Assembly (NCBI GenBank): GCA_965197525.1
Contig: OZ240211.1
Location: 1,760,001 to 1,824,000, forward strand
Direction: 5' to 3'
Length of the DNA stretch: 64,000 bases
Source: Nitrosopumilus sp.
GTDB taxonomy: Archaea > Thermoproteota > Nitrososphaeria > Nitrososphaerales > Nitrosopumilaceae
The first letter of the stretch is position 1. The number at the start of each line of letters is the position of its first letter. Shown here piece by piece: positions 20,161 to 30,266 of this stretch. Made by a program: the position numbers and the translations under genes. Below the pieces are notes generated by a model. It ran no database searches. It saw only the letters and a program-made list of their open reading frames with translations, and was not told where the DNA came from.

Positions 20161-21610
20161 GGTTCTGTAACATCTTCGAGTGGTTCTATTACCATTTAAT
20201 CTCAACCCTGTTTCACCTGCGGGCAAAGAATACCTCGATCACTTGACTTTGACATATCGACTATTCGGATTACCGGTGTGCTAGGTTCCGTCATCGCCGG
20301 CTCAAAAGTGCCAGACTGCGCTTCATCTATGTCACCTCTACTACCCCTAAACCTAGGGGGCAGCTTGCGTGATATGTTCATGGCAGCGATGATATCCCTG
20401 TCCATAAACAAACCGCAATTATTACACGACAATTTACGATGTTGTTGCATGTCCTCTTGGAGTCTCTTTCCGCATTGCGGACACTGCGTGCTCGTGTTTC
20501 TTGGGTCTACAAATTTGACTGGTAGCCCGACCCATTGGGCTTTGTATTCTATTTGGCGTTGTAATTCAAAGAATTGCCAGCCGTTCAATCTACGTCTGTA
20601 CTTGTTACCTTGACCGTTTCCTTTCTTGTAGAGTTTCCTGATTCCTTTTAGGTTTTCTAAAACGATCACGGCTTTGTTCTTGACTGCGTTGTCTACTATA
20701 TCCTTTGAGATTCTGTGTATGTACTGCTTTGTACGGTTTTGTATTCTTCTCTGTTTTTGTTTCCAGAATTGACTTTTTTTTCTGCGATCATTTCTGCAGA
20801 AACCGGATCTGGCGTGTATTGTATTCTCTTTGATTGACAGTAACTTGTTTGTCTTGTAGACTGTCACCTCTTCCTCGTTCCCACACGTGACGTTTCTGAG
20901 GTTTCTGTCTATTCCTAATTTCTTGGTGCACTCTATCTCTTTTACTTCCTTGGAAATACAAAGACTGATGTTCAAGGCAGTCAATGAAAACGAACGCACT
21001 GCCAAGGCGGGATCAGACAGTATTTTTTGGGTGTGTGAGTTTAACAGGATGTTTATGGGGTTTCTGTTTTTGTATGGGATTGTAAGTAGTGTACCGTTGT
21101 GTTTTATGCCGTAACAGTTTGTCATAAAGGGATTTTTGACTTTTGGGTCTCTTACTCTGACACCACGTTTTACTGACTGTTTTCTGTTTGCCAATACTCC
21201 AGCAGCCCGTGATATTGCATTGAGTTTGTATGAAGATAGGATGTCATAGTCTATTAGTTCATGATAACACAACATAGACAACTGCTTCATATTGTGAGTG
21301 TCTTCCTTTAACCCTATCTTGATACACCGGTTAACCATATCCGTGAATACGCTCATCATATCCATCAGGTCAGAGTTTGGTGTGTATTTTTGTGCTATTG
21401 ACTTTGTTGCCTTCAACAGCTATCCTATGATTTAGAAGTAATTAATTCTAGTGGCTGTCTGACAGTATGCACTCAGGTCTGGTGTCTGCGTAGGTGCAAA
21501 AAACGTAGCATCCTGTAAAATCACATCTAGAAACGAATGAGATCTGAGTGCTTACGTCTGACGATTGAGACTTAATATCTTGTTTTACCACTCGAAGATG
21601 TTATAGAACC
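20161..21610 (-). mobile_element. 1,450-bp TIR-bounded element carrying tnpB only
   Basis: TIRs 20161-20184 GGTTCTGTAACATCTTCGAGTGGT and 21587-21610 ACCACTCGAAGATGTTATAGAACC (23/24 match); flanking 8-bp direct repeat TCTGCAAC (20153-20160) / TCTACAAC (21611-21618). Confidence 0.85.
20202..21416 (-). CDS. tnpB: RNA-guided endonuclease TnpB
   Basis: RuvC-I LGIDRNLRN, RuvC-II IVLENLKGI, zinc finger CPQC...CNNC, RuvC-III DRDIIAAMNI; catalytic D/E/D intact. Confidence 0.93.
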   Translation of the reverse strand: MKATKSIAQKYTPNSDLMDMMSVFTDMVNRCIKIGLKEDTHNMKQLSMLCYHELIDYDILSSYKLNAISRAAGVLANRKQSVKRGVRVRDPKVKNPFMTNCYGIKHNGTLLTIPYKNRNPINILLNSHTQKILSDPALAVRSFSLTALNISLCISKEVKEIECTKKLGIDRNLRNVTCGNEEEVTVYKTNKLLSIKENTIHARSGFCRNDRRKKSQFWKQKQRRIQNRTKQYIHRISKDIVDNAVKNKAVIVLENLKGIRKLYKKGNGQGNKYRRRLNGWQFFELQRQIEYKAQWVGLPVKFVDPRNTSTQCPQCGKRLQEDMQQHRKLSCNNCGLFMDRDIIAAMNISRKLPPRFRGSRGDIDEAQSGTFEPAMTEPSTPVIRIVDMSKSSDRGILCPQVKQG

Positions 21611-21690
21611 TCTACAACTAAGAGATCCCGCATCTTTGCATTCTCTCTAATCCTTGTTCTATCAAACATCAAACTAATGACTCTCATCAC

Positions 21691-21960
21691 TTACAAGTGC
21701 CACGGTTTCCCGCTTTTGACTATCTTTTCAGGCAGCTTTGCTTTATTATTTTTTAAAAATTCCATCTCTTGCCTCTTGTCTCGTAGCTCGTCTGGTAGCA
21801 TGATTGGGATCTCTTCAATAATTGGATAAAATCTGGAACACTTTGTACAAAACAATGAACCCGTTGATATCGTATCCTTGTTCTCATTTATGGCAAATAG
21901 TTCTAATGGATGATTTTTGTCAATCGGGCATGCCAAGATATCAATCATTGTTTTGTTCAT
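21691..21960 (-). CDS. Trm112-family protein
   Basis: DILACPIDK...LFCTKCSRFYPIIEEIPIML. Confidence 0.9.
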   Translation of the reverse strand: MNKTMIDILACPIDKNHPLELFAINENKDTISTGSLFCTKCSRFYPIIEEIPIMLPDELRDKRQEMEFLKNNKAKLPEKIVKSGKPWHL

Positions 21961-22934
21961 TTCAGACTCAGATAAATTGGACTTCCTTTCTGACTAGATA
22001 AAAGTGCAGCTTCGGCAATTTTTATGACGTTTAGCGCTTCTTGTGGTTTTACTATACCATCATGCTCTTTTCTCTGTTCTTTCTCTTTTATTGCATCAAG
22101 AAAATTCTGTATCTGTGATAGTAGCGATTCTTGCTGTTTGGCACCGTCATCATCCTCTGTTACCTCTATTGTATAATCACTATCTTTGCCTTTTTTTTCT
22201 ACAGTTATTTTTTGACTGATAAGATCAGATGATATTACTGCATCAGTGCACACTGCCCTCAACTTGCTAGTTTTTTTTGGCGCAATCCAGTTTGATGATA
22301 TCACTGCGATTCTGTCATCTTTGTATCCCAACATGATGCTTGACAGATCTTCACTTGTGTGTTTTATCTTGCCAGTCCTTGCAAATACCACGTATGGCAT
22401 ATCCCCAAAGAGCCAATTTGCAGTATCAATGTCCTGGCCTGATGTATCATGGATGATTCTTGCATCTTTTATGTGCAAAGGCGCCTTCTCTTCTCGATGA
22501 AATTCTAACATGACTAGACTGCCAAATCCCTCTTCTGCGATAATCTTTTTTACAGTGTTTACTGCAGGGTTGAACCGTTCAATATACCCGCATGTTAAAA
22601 TCACCTTGTTTTTTTCTGCTAGTTTGACTAGTCTTTGGCCTTGGTTTGGTTGATATGTCATTGGCTTTTCTACAAAGACATGTTTTCTTGCATAGAGCAA
22701 CTCTTCGACAACGTCCGCATGCGTTGTTGTGGAAGTTACTACAAATGCAGCGTCAAACTCCTCTGATCTTTGCAATTCTTCTAATGAATTGTAATGATTT
22801 ACAGAATATCTTTCTCCACACTCTTTGCTTTTTTGAGAATCAATATCACAAACAGCGCTTAAAACACCCAATTGTGACAAAATTCTTGCATGATTTTCCC
22901 CACATTGCCCAACTCCAATTTGCACTATATTCAT
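21957..22934 (-). CDS. Gfo/Idh/MocA family oxidoreductase
   Basis: QIGVGQCG Rossmann motif, HVFVEKPM, ERFNPAV. Confidence 0.9.
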   Translation of the reverse strand: MNIVQIGVGQCGENHARILSQLGVLSAVCDIDSQKSKECGERYSVNHYNSLEELQRSEEFDAAFVVTSTTTHADVVEELLYARKHVFVEKPMTYQPNQGQRLVKLAEKNKVILTCGYIERFNPAVNTVKKIIAEEGFGSLVMLEFHREEKAPLHIKDARIIHDTSGQDIDTANWLFGDMPYVVFARTGKIKHTSEDLSSIMLGYKDDRIAVISSNWIAPKKTSKLRAVCTDAVISSDLISQKITVEKKGKDSDYTIEVTEDDDGAKQQESLLSQIQNFLDAIKEKEQRKEHDGIVKPQEALNVIKIAEAALLSSQKGSPIYLSLK

Positions 22935-23846
22935 CTAATACACCTGAGTTAACCAATGCGCATAGTCATCGTTTTTACCCATTACAATTTCTGTGTATAT
23001 ATCCATCAGTCTTTTCGTCACACTTCCTACTTTGCCATTATTTATAGTCAAACCATCCACTGAAATTACGGGGACTATCTCTGCTGCCGTTCCTGTCAAA
23101 AATATCTCATCTGCAATTCCCAATTCACTTCGTGAGATATCTCTTTCAACCATATCAATATCCAAATCTTTTGCAATCTTAGTTACAGCATCCTTTGTAA
23201 TTCCTTGTAGGGCAGACGATGCTAATGTGGGTGTTATCATCTGCGTATCGCTTACAACAAAAATATTCTCACCTGACGCTTCACTGACATTTCCGTTATG
23301 GTCTAGTAAAATTGCCTCATCGACGCCATTTCTCTTTGCTTCTTGGGTGGCTATGACAGAATTTAGATAATTTCCTCCCATCTTTGCTTGTGTAGGGGCA
23401 GAACTATCTGAAAATTTTCTCCATGAACTAACTGCCGTTGTTATTCCTCTCTTGTCAAACAAATCTCCAAGCAACATAACCGTAATTACAACATTTATTG
23501 GCGATTTGCCAGTTACATGTAGACTTATTCCATTATCCCCTACAAAATAAAATGGCCTGATGTAGCATGATTCTACAATCTTGTTTTTTTTACAAGTGTT
23601 TATTATTGCACTAGCCATTTGTTGATCTGAATATTGTAACTCCATATCGTAATACTGCCCTGATCTTCTGAATCTTTTTAGGTGCTCATCTAATCTGAAT
23701 ATGTTGAGGTTTTCCCCATTCCAATATCCTCTTATCCCCTCAAACGCTGATGTTCCATACTGGATTGCGTGCGTTGTAACTGGAACTCTAGCTTTTTCTG
23801 CCAAGATAAATTTCCCGTTAAACCACACATATTTTGAGAGTTTCAC
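22935..23846 (-). CDS. ilvE: Branched-chain amino acid aminotransferase
   Basis: YGTSAFEGIRGY, AKMGGNYLNS, EASGENIF, LQGITK. Confidence 0.94.
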   Translation of the reverse strand: MKLSKYVWFNGKFILAEKARVPVTTHAIQYGTSAFEGIRGYWNGENLNIFRLDEHLKRFRRSGQYYDMELQYSDQQMASAIINTCKKNKIVESCYIRPFYFVGDNGISLHVTGKSPINVVITVMLLGDLFDKRGITTAVSSWRKFSDSSAPTQAKMGGNYLNSVIATQEAKRNGVDEAILLDHNGNVSEASGENIFVVSDTQMITPTLASSALQGITKDAVTKIAKDLDIDMVERDISRSELGIADEIFLTGTAAEIVPVISVDGLTINNGKVGSVTKRLMDIYTEIVMGKNDDYAHWLTQVY

Positions 23847-24052
23847 AGAAAACTTTTATGAACCGTCTATTAATCTATTTTCAATTATTATTATTCATAT
23901 TCTTAGCTACTAGTAATACGGAAAAATTATTCTGTCATTTGCATATCATAATTAATAAAATTAAAACAAAAACTCTGAAATTAGTTATTTCTATAATTTA
24001 TCTTCTCTTTCTCTCTTTAACCTAGATGTTTTCTACTAACCACAATTCAAAA

Positions 24053-24658
24053 TTAATCCTTTGACCATCCTTCTTTGGGGAACTTCATTCCTATCACTCT
24101 TCTAGTTCTATCCTCAATCTTTGCAAATTTTTCTACCGTCTTCCAGTCTTCTTCGATTATCTTTACAATCTTTTCAGGCACATCTTCTCTCCAAGTAGAC
24201 TCTTTTTGAAGTGCAGCCTCGTACAATTTTCCTTTAACTGATGCTGCAGACAGTGATTTTCTCTCTCCTATTTTTGGTTTTAGGCCATATGCCTTTAGCA
24301 TATATCCTTCTGCTTTGTCTCCTGTGTATGAGAAGAATTCCCCTTTTACTCCCTGAAGAATCTGCTTTCTTAATTTCCATGATTTAGGCGCAATCAGCGG
24401 AGGCAAATATCTTTTAAACGGTGCCATGAATGCGTAATCGTCTGTAATCTCTATCGAATCTTCAAATACTGCCACTAGCATCTTTTTTCTAGTTTCAAAA
24501 TTAAATGGAAAGCTTTTACTGTTAATCTCTCTTTGACCATCTCTGAATACTACCGGCATTACTTTTACGGTATCTGCTTGTTTCTTTAGCTCAGAGATAA
24601 TCTCAACATGTGCATTGGTTAATGGGTTTAGGTGTGCAAGGTATAGTGCTGTAGTCAA
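24053..24658 (-). CDS. Cytidylyltransferase-like (HxGH superfamily) protein
   Basis: LYLAHLNPLTNAH variant motif; LSAASVK near the C-terminus. Confidence 0.65.
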   Translation of the reverse strand: MTTALYLAHLNPLTNAHVEIISELKKQADTVKVMPVVFRDGQREINSKSFPFNFETRKKMLVAVFEDSIEITDDYAFMAPFKRYLPPLIAPKSWKLRKQILQGVKGEFFSYTGDKAEGYMLKAYGLKPKIGERKSLSAASVKGKLYEAALQKESTWREDVPEKIVKIIEEDWKTVEKFAKIEDRTRRVIGMKFPKEGWSKD

Positions 24659-24737
24659 TTACATCAACTAGAATATATCATCTATTTCAATGGTTAATTT
24701 TCTTTCTGAGACGATGTGATAATAGCAATCATCATCA

Positions 24738-25583
24738 TCATCCATACGATTCATCTTTGACTTCAAAACTACCATCTTCGCGTTTGTTGTGTTCTGTGAT
24801 AAATCCTTTTGGATTCAAAAAGTCCATTACACCATCAATTGTTCCCTGCCAACCACAAACATAGAATATTGTATTCTCTTTTGTTATCTTGTCTCCAATT
24901 AACTCTTCAAGTGGGGTTACTCCGCCATCTCTTGGCCTGAGGAATGTTTCAACTCTTCCTACTTGACCTGCCCATGATCTGTTAAACCATTCTTGAGGTC
25001 TGCTAATTGCAGCCCTATACTTAAAGTTCCATTCATCTTTACCTCTAGCAATACTCTCATTCTCAAGCTCCGTCAGCAAGTCTTTGTAACTTAGCTCATC
25101 AACATAACTTGCACCATGCAAAACTATTATCTCCCGCTTGTCATTTATAGCATGAAGGTGTTGAGCAAAGCTTACAAATGGTGCAAGGCCTGTTCCCCCT
25201 CCGATACAGATCATTCGTCTGTCGTCTTTTTTGCCATTTGGTAACTCTTCATTAATTAATAATGCCCTGCCAGTAGGCTTTAGCCAAAGAATCTCGTCTC
25301 CTTCTTTTGCATTAAATATCTGTGTAGTCAGTCTACCTGGAAGTGGTTTTCTTACCCATCTGATTACCAGCTCTACGTAATCCCTATTTTCTGGATGGGA
25401 TGCAATTGAATACGCACGTCTGACTATCTTTCCGCCCTCTTCAGGATTTGGTAGTCCCAGTGTGATGAATTGTCCTGCCTTGTACTCTGGAACCGGACCG
25501 TCCTTTGGGACAATTCGTATAATTACGAGATCTTCCTTTAACAGTTGAACATAAGTGACAGTTGCCTTGTTATCTACTACCAT
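24738..25583 (-). CDS. Ferredoxin--NADP reductase family protein (copy 1)
   Basis: RRAYSIAS, GRLT, GGGTGLAP, YVCG, C-terminal ESYG. Confidence 0.92.
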   Translation of the reverse strand: MVVDNKATVTYVQLLKEDLVIIRIVPKDGPVPEYKAGQFITLGLPNPEEGGKIVRRAYSIASHPENRDYVELVIRWVRKPLPGRLTTQIFNAKEGDEILWLKPTGRALLINEELPNGKKDDRRMICIGGGTGLAPFVSFAQHLHAINDKREIIVLHGASYVDELSYKDLLTELENESIARGKDEWNFKYRAAISRPQEWFNRSWAGQVGRVETFLRPRDGGVTPLEELIGDKITKENTIFYVCGWQGTIDGVMDFLNPKGFITEHNKREDGSFEVKDESYG

Positions 25584-26648
25584 AACGATTGAATCAATCT
25601 ATTCACGTTTAAATATATTGTGTTAGCTGATGTCATGACCTTTTCTTGTCTTGGCGATTCTTTTATCAATTGAACGTAGCAAAATCTGACAGTATTTGAT
25701 CATTTTAACGTTTTAGTGGCATCTATTTGAGGCATTGTGGGTTAATGTCATCTAGTCAACTACATCTTCATTTGACTGCGTTTGATTCTAGGAATTGTTT
25801 GCTGTTCTATGTGAGAAATGCCGGTAAGAGATCCCATCACCATCACCATACAATAAATTATTCTCGATAATTTCAGGTATTTAGATCAACCTAAACTACG
25901 TTATCACAAATTAAGACATGCCAAATAATCGCTTTATGGTGATGGTTATTTCACAAACCTCGAATAGTTCAAAATTATTGAGTAGTTGTTGACGTCATAA
26001 ACAATGTTAACGCAACTTGCACACAGTTGATTTAAATTTACTTGTAAATGCTGATAAAATCTGTCAAGGAATATTAATGATAAATCTCATTATCCTACCA
26101 TTTGAATATTTCATATGCAAATATGTCAATCTGTGAACAACTATACACCAATGCATTCTTTTAGAATTAAATCCCTATACACAAATTGTTTACAACATAT
26201 CAAATAGTCTATGCACTGTCTAAAAAACAGAGTTTGATAATCTGAATAAAAACATCATCATCTTCAATCAAATCATTTCAGAGCTCGTATAACAATCAAA
26301 TAACTTTTTGTACATTTTATTCTGAGATTTGATTATTGTAATATTCGTGTATATCTTCACTGTTCTTGGTTGTACAACTTTTTTTTTTGCCTTTACATCC
26401 ATTTTGACGAAAACTCCAAAAAATCCATACATGTTACATATTACTTTATATCTAAAAACTAGTCAGTTCATATAATGATGTCTACTACTCATCATCCTAA
26501 AAACTGTTTGACGTATCGTTAATTTAATAAAACAAACTATTCTGCAAATTTGACTAGCATCTTGTCACGTTATCCTATGTTTTCCCATGATCGCTAAACG
26601 TTAATAACCAATTTTGAGCACTTTAATTTAATCAGAATTCTGATTATT

Positions 26649-26722
26649 GGGCCGGTCGTCTAGTCTGGTAGGATAGGTGCATGGCATGCATCGGATCGAG
26701 GGTTCAAATCCCTTCCGGTCCA
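26649..26722 (+). tRNA. tRNA-Ala(GGC)
   Basis: GGGCCGG/CCGGTCC acceptor stem with G3:U70; anticodon loop ATGGCAT; GGTTCAAATCC. Confidence 0.92.
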
Positions 26723-27008
26723 TTTTCAACAATATTCTTTTATGGTTATGCTGTTTCTAGAACATTATTCACATATTCAAATAGAATAACTGTGTGGCAG
26801 GCATGAGTCAACTTGAAACTACAACACTCAAAGATGTTCGGTGCATTCACTGTATAACGTTAAGACACTGACTAGAGATTCTGACGGTCTAATTCTATAA
26901 CCTATGTTTGGATGGATTTTTGGTGCTTATCTTTTTTTATGTGCAATTTAATATATAAATAGATAAATTTGTCTAAAATATAAATATACTGCATACAAGT
27001 ATATTTAT

Positions 27009-27698
27009 ATGAATACGCGCGAATCGATATCAATACTAGAGCAAGCAAAACATGCGATTGCATTTGCTCAAGAATTGCCCTCTAGTCCTGTCTATAATAT
27101 AAAGAATTTAGCAAACAATGTTGTACGTCTGTCTGCTAGAACAATCAAAAGACGGATTAACAGTCTGGAAGAATTAGGATTAGCCTACTGCAATCGAGGA
27201 GTCTTTACAATTAAAAGAGAAGTAATATCTCAACCTTATACTGTTTTGCAGGACTTGATTCCTTCATTAATTGCACTCAAAAGAGCCAGAAGGTTTGGCA
27301 AGTACTACAAACCCACAGATGTCAATTTTATGAGAAAAAATCTTCCACCCCATTCCATTATAACGCTTGATTACAGATCTCATGAATTAACTCAATTCCA
27401 AACTCCGCTCAACTTGTATGTCTACGTTGACGATATAGAGGATACCTCCAAATTCCTGAAAGGTCATGGGTTCAGAGAGGGAAAGAGAGGCAATGTAATA
27501 CTACTTCCAAAGATCGGTTATTTTGAAAATCAAATAGAACGAGTTTTTCTTGACTGTGTTGCAAATGGCGGCAGAAGTTTTTTGGATGCTGCTGCTATCA
27601 TGCTTACTCACAACGATATGCTAAAGACAAGAGTTCGATTCACTGGTAGTATCATATTAAAAGTTCAGGAGGATACATTCAATGAACCCATTGATTAG
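27009..27698 (+). CDS. HTH-containing protein, candidate type IV (AbiEi-like) antitoxin
   Basis: N-terminal wHTH-like segment (LSARTIKRRINSLEELGL); 17-bp overlap with the downstream nucleotidyltransferase gene. Confidence 0.5.
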   Translation: MNTRESISILEQAKHAIAFAQELPSSPVYNIKNLANNVVRLSARTIKRRINSLEELGLAYCNRGVFTIKREVISQPYTVLQDLIPSLIALKRARRFGKYYKPTDVNFMRKNLPPHSIITLDYRSHELTQFQTPLNLYVYVDDIEDTSKFLKGHGFREGKRGNVILLPKIGYFENQIERVFLDCVANGGRSFLDAAAIMLTHNDMLKTRVRFTGSIILKVQEDTFNEPID

Positions 27699-28188
27699 AG
27701 AAGCTGTATACATTACTCGCGATTTTAAAACTGCGACATTTGTTGGAGCAGTTGCAGTTATGTTACACGTTGGCTTACAACGTCAATCACTAGATTTGGA
27801 TTTTGTTGTAGCCGAGCAGATTACTTTTAATCAGTTTTTAGATAAAGGATATAAAATAGATAGTAAAAATGATAGAAAATTTACTCCACGAGGATATAAA
27901 ATTGATGTATATGACAAACGAGAACTAAATGATATTTCATTAAAATACATCATCAATACTGCTACAGCCATCAGAGTCAATAAAAAAGGAACCACTGTCA
28001 ATGTCATATCTTTGGAAGGATTGATCGTTACAAAATTTAGAGCTGGACGTGATCACGATATCGAAGACCTCATACAATTATCCATCTACTGCAGTTCTAA
28101 AATAAATTGGGACGAAATTCAAAATCTTGTCAAAGACGACGTCGAATACTCTAATATAAAACAGACAATTCATCTTTATACTGATTGA
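27682..28188 (+). CDS. Pol-beta superfamily nucleotidyltransferase (AbiEii/DUF6036-like)
   Basis: VGAVAV...RQSLDLDF (GxxA...DxD), KIDVY, EGLIVTKFRAGRDHDIED. Confidence 0.75.
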   Translation: MNPLIREAVYITRDFKTATFVGAVAVMLHVGLQRQSLDLDFVVAEQITFNQFLDKGYKIDSKNDRKFTPRGYKIDVYDKRELNDISLKYIINTATAIRVNKKGTTVNVISLEGLIVTKFRAGRDHDIEDLIQLSIYCSSKINWDEIQNLVKDDVEYSNIKQTIHLYTD

Positions 28189-28470
28189 TAATCAACGTGA
28201 AAGTAAGCGTAAATGATCTCATATCTTTGTGAAATGGTATCTCTGCTCCTATTCTAAAGCCCAATGTCGCTTATGAAACAATCTGTGCTGAACATATGTC
28301 AAATTATATCCTATTTTCTACTCTTCTAATTCTGAAATCTTTGAAACATTTTCTTGGTTTTAATTATATTTTTTATCTTTAATTAACAACTGTTCAAATT
28401 TTTTGTTTTTTTCTATTCAATCTCTAAAAACTCATTTAACTTTAAATTATCCATAAATACAAGCCTTTAC

Positions 28471-28758
28471 ATGTCAAATGAAACCCGAGACACCGTCTTC
28501 ATTGGTAAGAAACCATTGATGGCATATGTAACATCAGCGCTAATTCAATTGGCTAACATACCAACCGTGAGTATCAAAGCTAGGGGACTCAGTATAGGAC
28601 GTGCTGTGGATGTGGCCCAGATTATCGCAAGGAAGACCGAAAATGCAGGTTACACTATTGGCGATATTACAATCGGTTCTGAGGCACTAGAGTCCCAAGA
28701 CGGTAGAACAAGAAATGTTTCCACAATAGAAATTGAAGTAAAGAGAGTCGCACCTTAA
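28471..28758 (+). CDS. alba: DNA/RNA-binding protein Alba
   Basis: FIGKKPLMAYV, IKARGLSIGRAVDV, NVSTIEI. Confidence 0.96.
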   Translation: MSNETRDTVFIGKKPLMAYVTSALIQLANIPTVSIKARGLSIGRAVDVAQIIARKTENAGYTIGDITIGSEALESQDGRTRNVSTIEIEVKRVAP

Positions 28759-28774
28759 CTGCACTTGACACCTT

Positions 28775-29641
28775 TTATTCTCTTTTTATATTTCCATATT
28801 TTTTTTCCATGTTGCTAAACTTGTCTAATTCCACTAGATCATTGAACTGATCAAAATTTACAATTTTTTGTTTATATCTTGCAGTACTTCCAGTTTTTTT
28901 AAGCTCCGCAAGTATTTTCATACTTGCAAATGTATTTGCATACAGAACTGACAGTGGATAGAGAACTATCTTGAATCCCATCTTGTTTAACGACTCAGAT
29001 GATCTCAATGGTGTTGCACCACCTTCGATCATGTTTGCAACTAGCGGTCCTTTGATCTCTCTTGTTATTTGTTTCATCTCATCTAACGTTTTTGGCGCTT
29101 CTACAAATATTGCATCAGCTCCCGTTTTTTTATTCTCTTTACTGCGACTAATTGCTTCATCTAATCCCCTAGTTGCTCTTGCATCTGTTCTTGCCACTAT
29201 AAAAAAATCTTTACTCTCTCTTGCATCAATTGCAGCAGCTAGTTTTTCTGTATATTCTTCTTGTGAAATTACCTCTTTACCTTGCATATGTCCACATCTT
29301 TTAGGCCATCGCTGATCTTCCAAAAACATGCCTGCAGCACCTGCTGATTCTAACTCTTTTACCAGTTTCCATACACTTAATGCATTTCCGTATCCTGTAT
29401 CTGAATCAACAATCACCGGTACTGACGTTGCCCTGCATATCCTTCTGGCATTATCAACTGTATCTGCTGCCCCAATGAATCCGTAGTCTGGCATCCCAAG
29501 TAATGTTGCCGATGTCCCATACCCTGTCTGAAACATTGCATCAAATCCGGTTTTTTGAACAATCTTTGCACCTAGTGCATCATAAACGCCTGGAATTACA
29601 AGCGGCTCTTTTGATTTTAATATGTTTTTCATAGTCTTCAT
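28775..29641 (-). CDS. prpB: Isocitrate lyase/PEP mutase family protein (methylisocitrate lyase-like)
   Basis: DSDTGYG, EDQRWPKRCGH, ARTDA. Confidence 0.8.
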   Translation of the reverse strand: MKTMKNILKSKEPLVIPGVYDALGAKIVQKTGFDAMFQTGYGTSATLLGMPDYGFIGAADTVDNARRICRATSVPVIVDSDTGYGNALSVWKLVKELESAGAAGMFLEDQRWPKRCGHMQGKEVISQEEYTEKLAAAIDARESKDFFIVARTDARATRGLDEAISRSKENKKTGADAIFVEAPKTLDEMKQITREIKGPLVANMIEGGATPLRSSESLNKMGFKIVLYPLSVLYANTFASMKILAELKKTGSTARYKQKIVNFDQFNDLVELDKFSNMEKKYGNIKRE

Positions 29642-29732
29642 AGCAGTTCTCTTTTCACGAAATATTTATAATTTTTAACTACTGTTGTATCTTCCTGTAT
29701 TGGCTGAATCGACTAGTTCTTTGCTTTGTTGA

Positions 29733-30242
29733 CTATTCTATCTTTATCTCTTTACCATTTTTCTCTGCAGTCTTTTCTTTAATTTTTTCAAGCTCTGACT
29801 CTAGGAACTGTCTGTACTTTTGAGTCTCTTCTTTAGTCATGTTGGCAAAATTAGAGTTTAGAATAGAGCACATATCTGTGATCTTTTCTAGCAAATCCAT
29901 TGCAACGAACCTTCCTACATTGCCTAGTCTGAGCATAACCTCTAGCTGTTTTTTTACAATATCGTTTATCTTGTCTATGTCTTCTGCAGTGTCTGTACCT
30001 TTCTTTGTCAGTTTATACCTGCCATCTTCTACTTCCTCAATTAATCCCTCATCAAGTAATCTGCCTAACAATGGATAGATTAGCCCCGGTGATGGTTTCC
30101 AAACTCCGTTACTTTGTTCTACTGCATAGTCGATTATCTCTTTTCCTGTACGTGGTGCCTCTTTTATCAACTCCAAGATAAAGTATCTTGAAAATCCTCT
30201 AGGCACTGAGCTTCCTACTCTTCTGAACCATTCTGAGATCAT
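29733..30242 (-). CDS. PadR-family transcriptional regulator
   Basis: WKPSPGLIYPLLGRLLDEGLI...YKLTKKG; likely start MISEWF at 30242. Confidence 0.9.
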   Translation of the reverse strand: MISEWFRRVGSSVPRGFSRYFILELIKEAPRTGKEIIDYAVEQSNGVWKPSPGLIYPLLGRLLDEGLIEEVEDGRYKLTKKGTDTAEDIDKINDIVKKQLEVMLRLGNVGRFVAMDLLEKITDMCSILNSNFANMTKEETQKYRQFLESELEKIKEKTAEKNGKEIKIE

Positions 30243-30250
30243 CACTAGTA

Positions 30251-30266
30251 ATATCACTAGTGATAT
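30251..30266. promoter_or_regulatory. Perfect 16-bp palindrome, putative PadR operator
   Basis: ATATCACTAGTGATAT just upstream of the padR start, with a second partial site ATCACTAGT at 30241. Confidence 0.7.

Noticed and set aside
26722-28470. attL/attR duplication of the tRNA-Ala 3' end around the NTase pair
   Set aside because: No second copy of the tRNA 3' sequence was found by eye.
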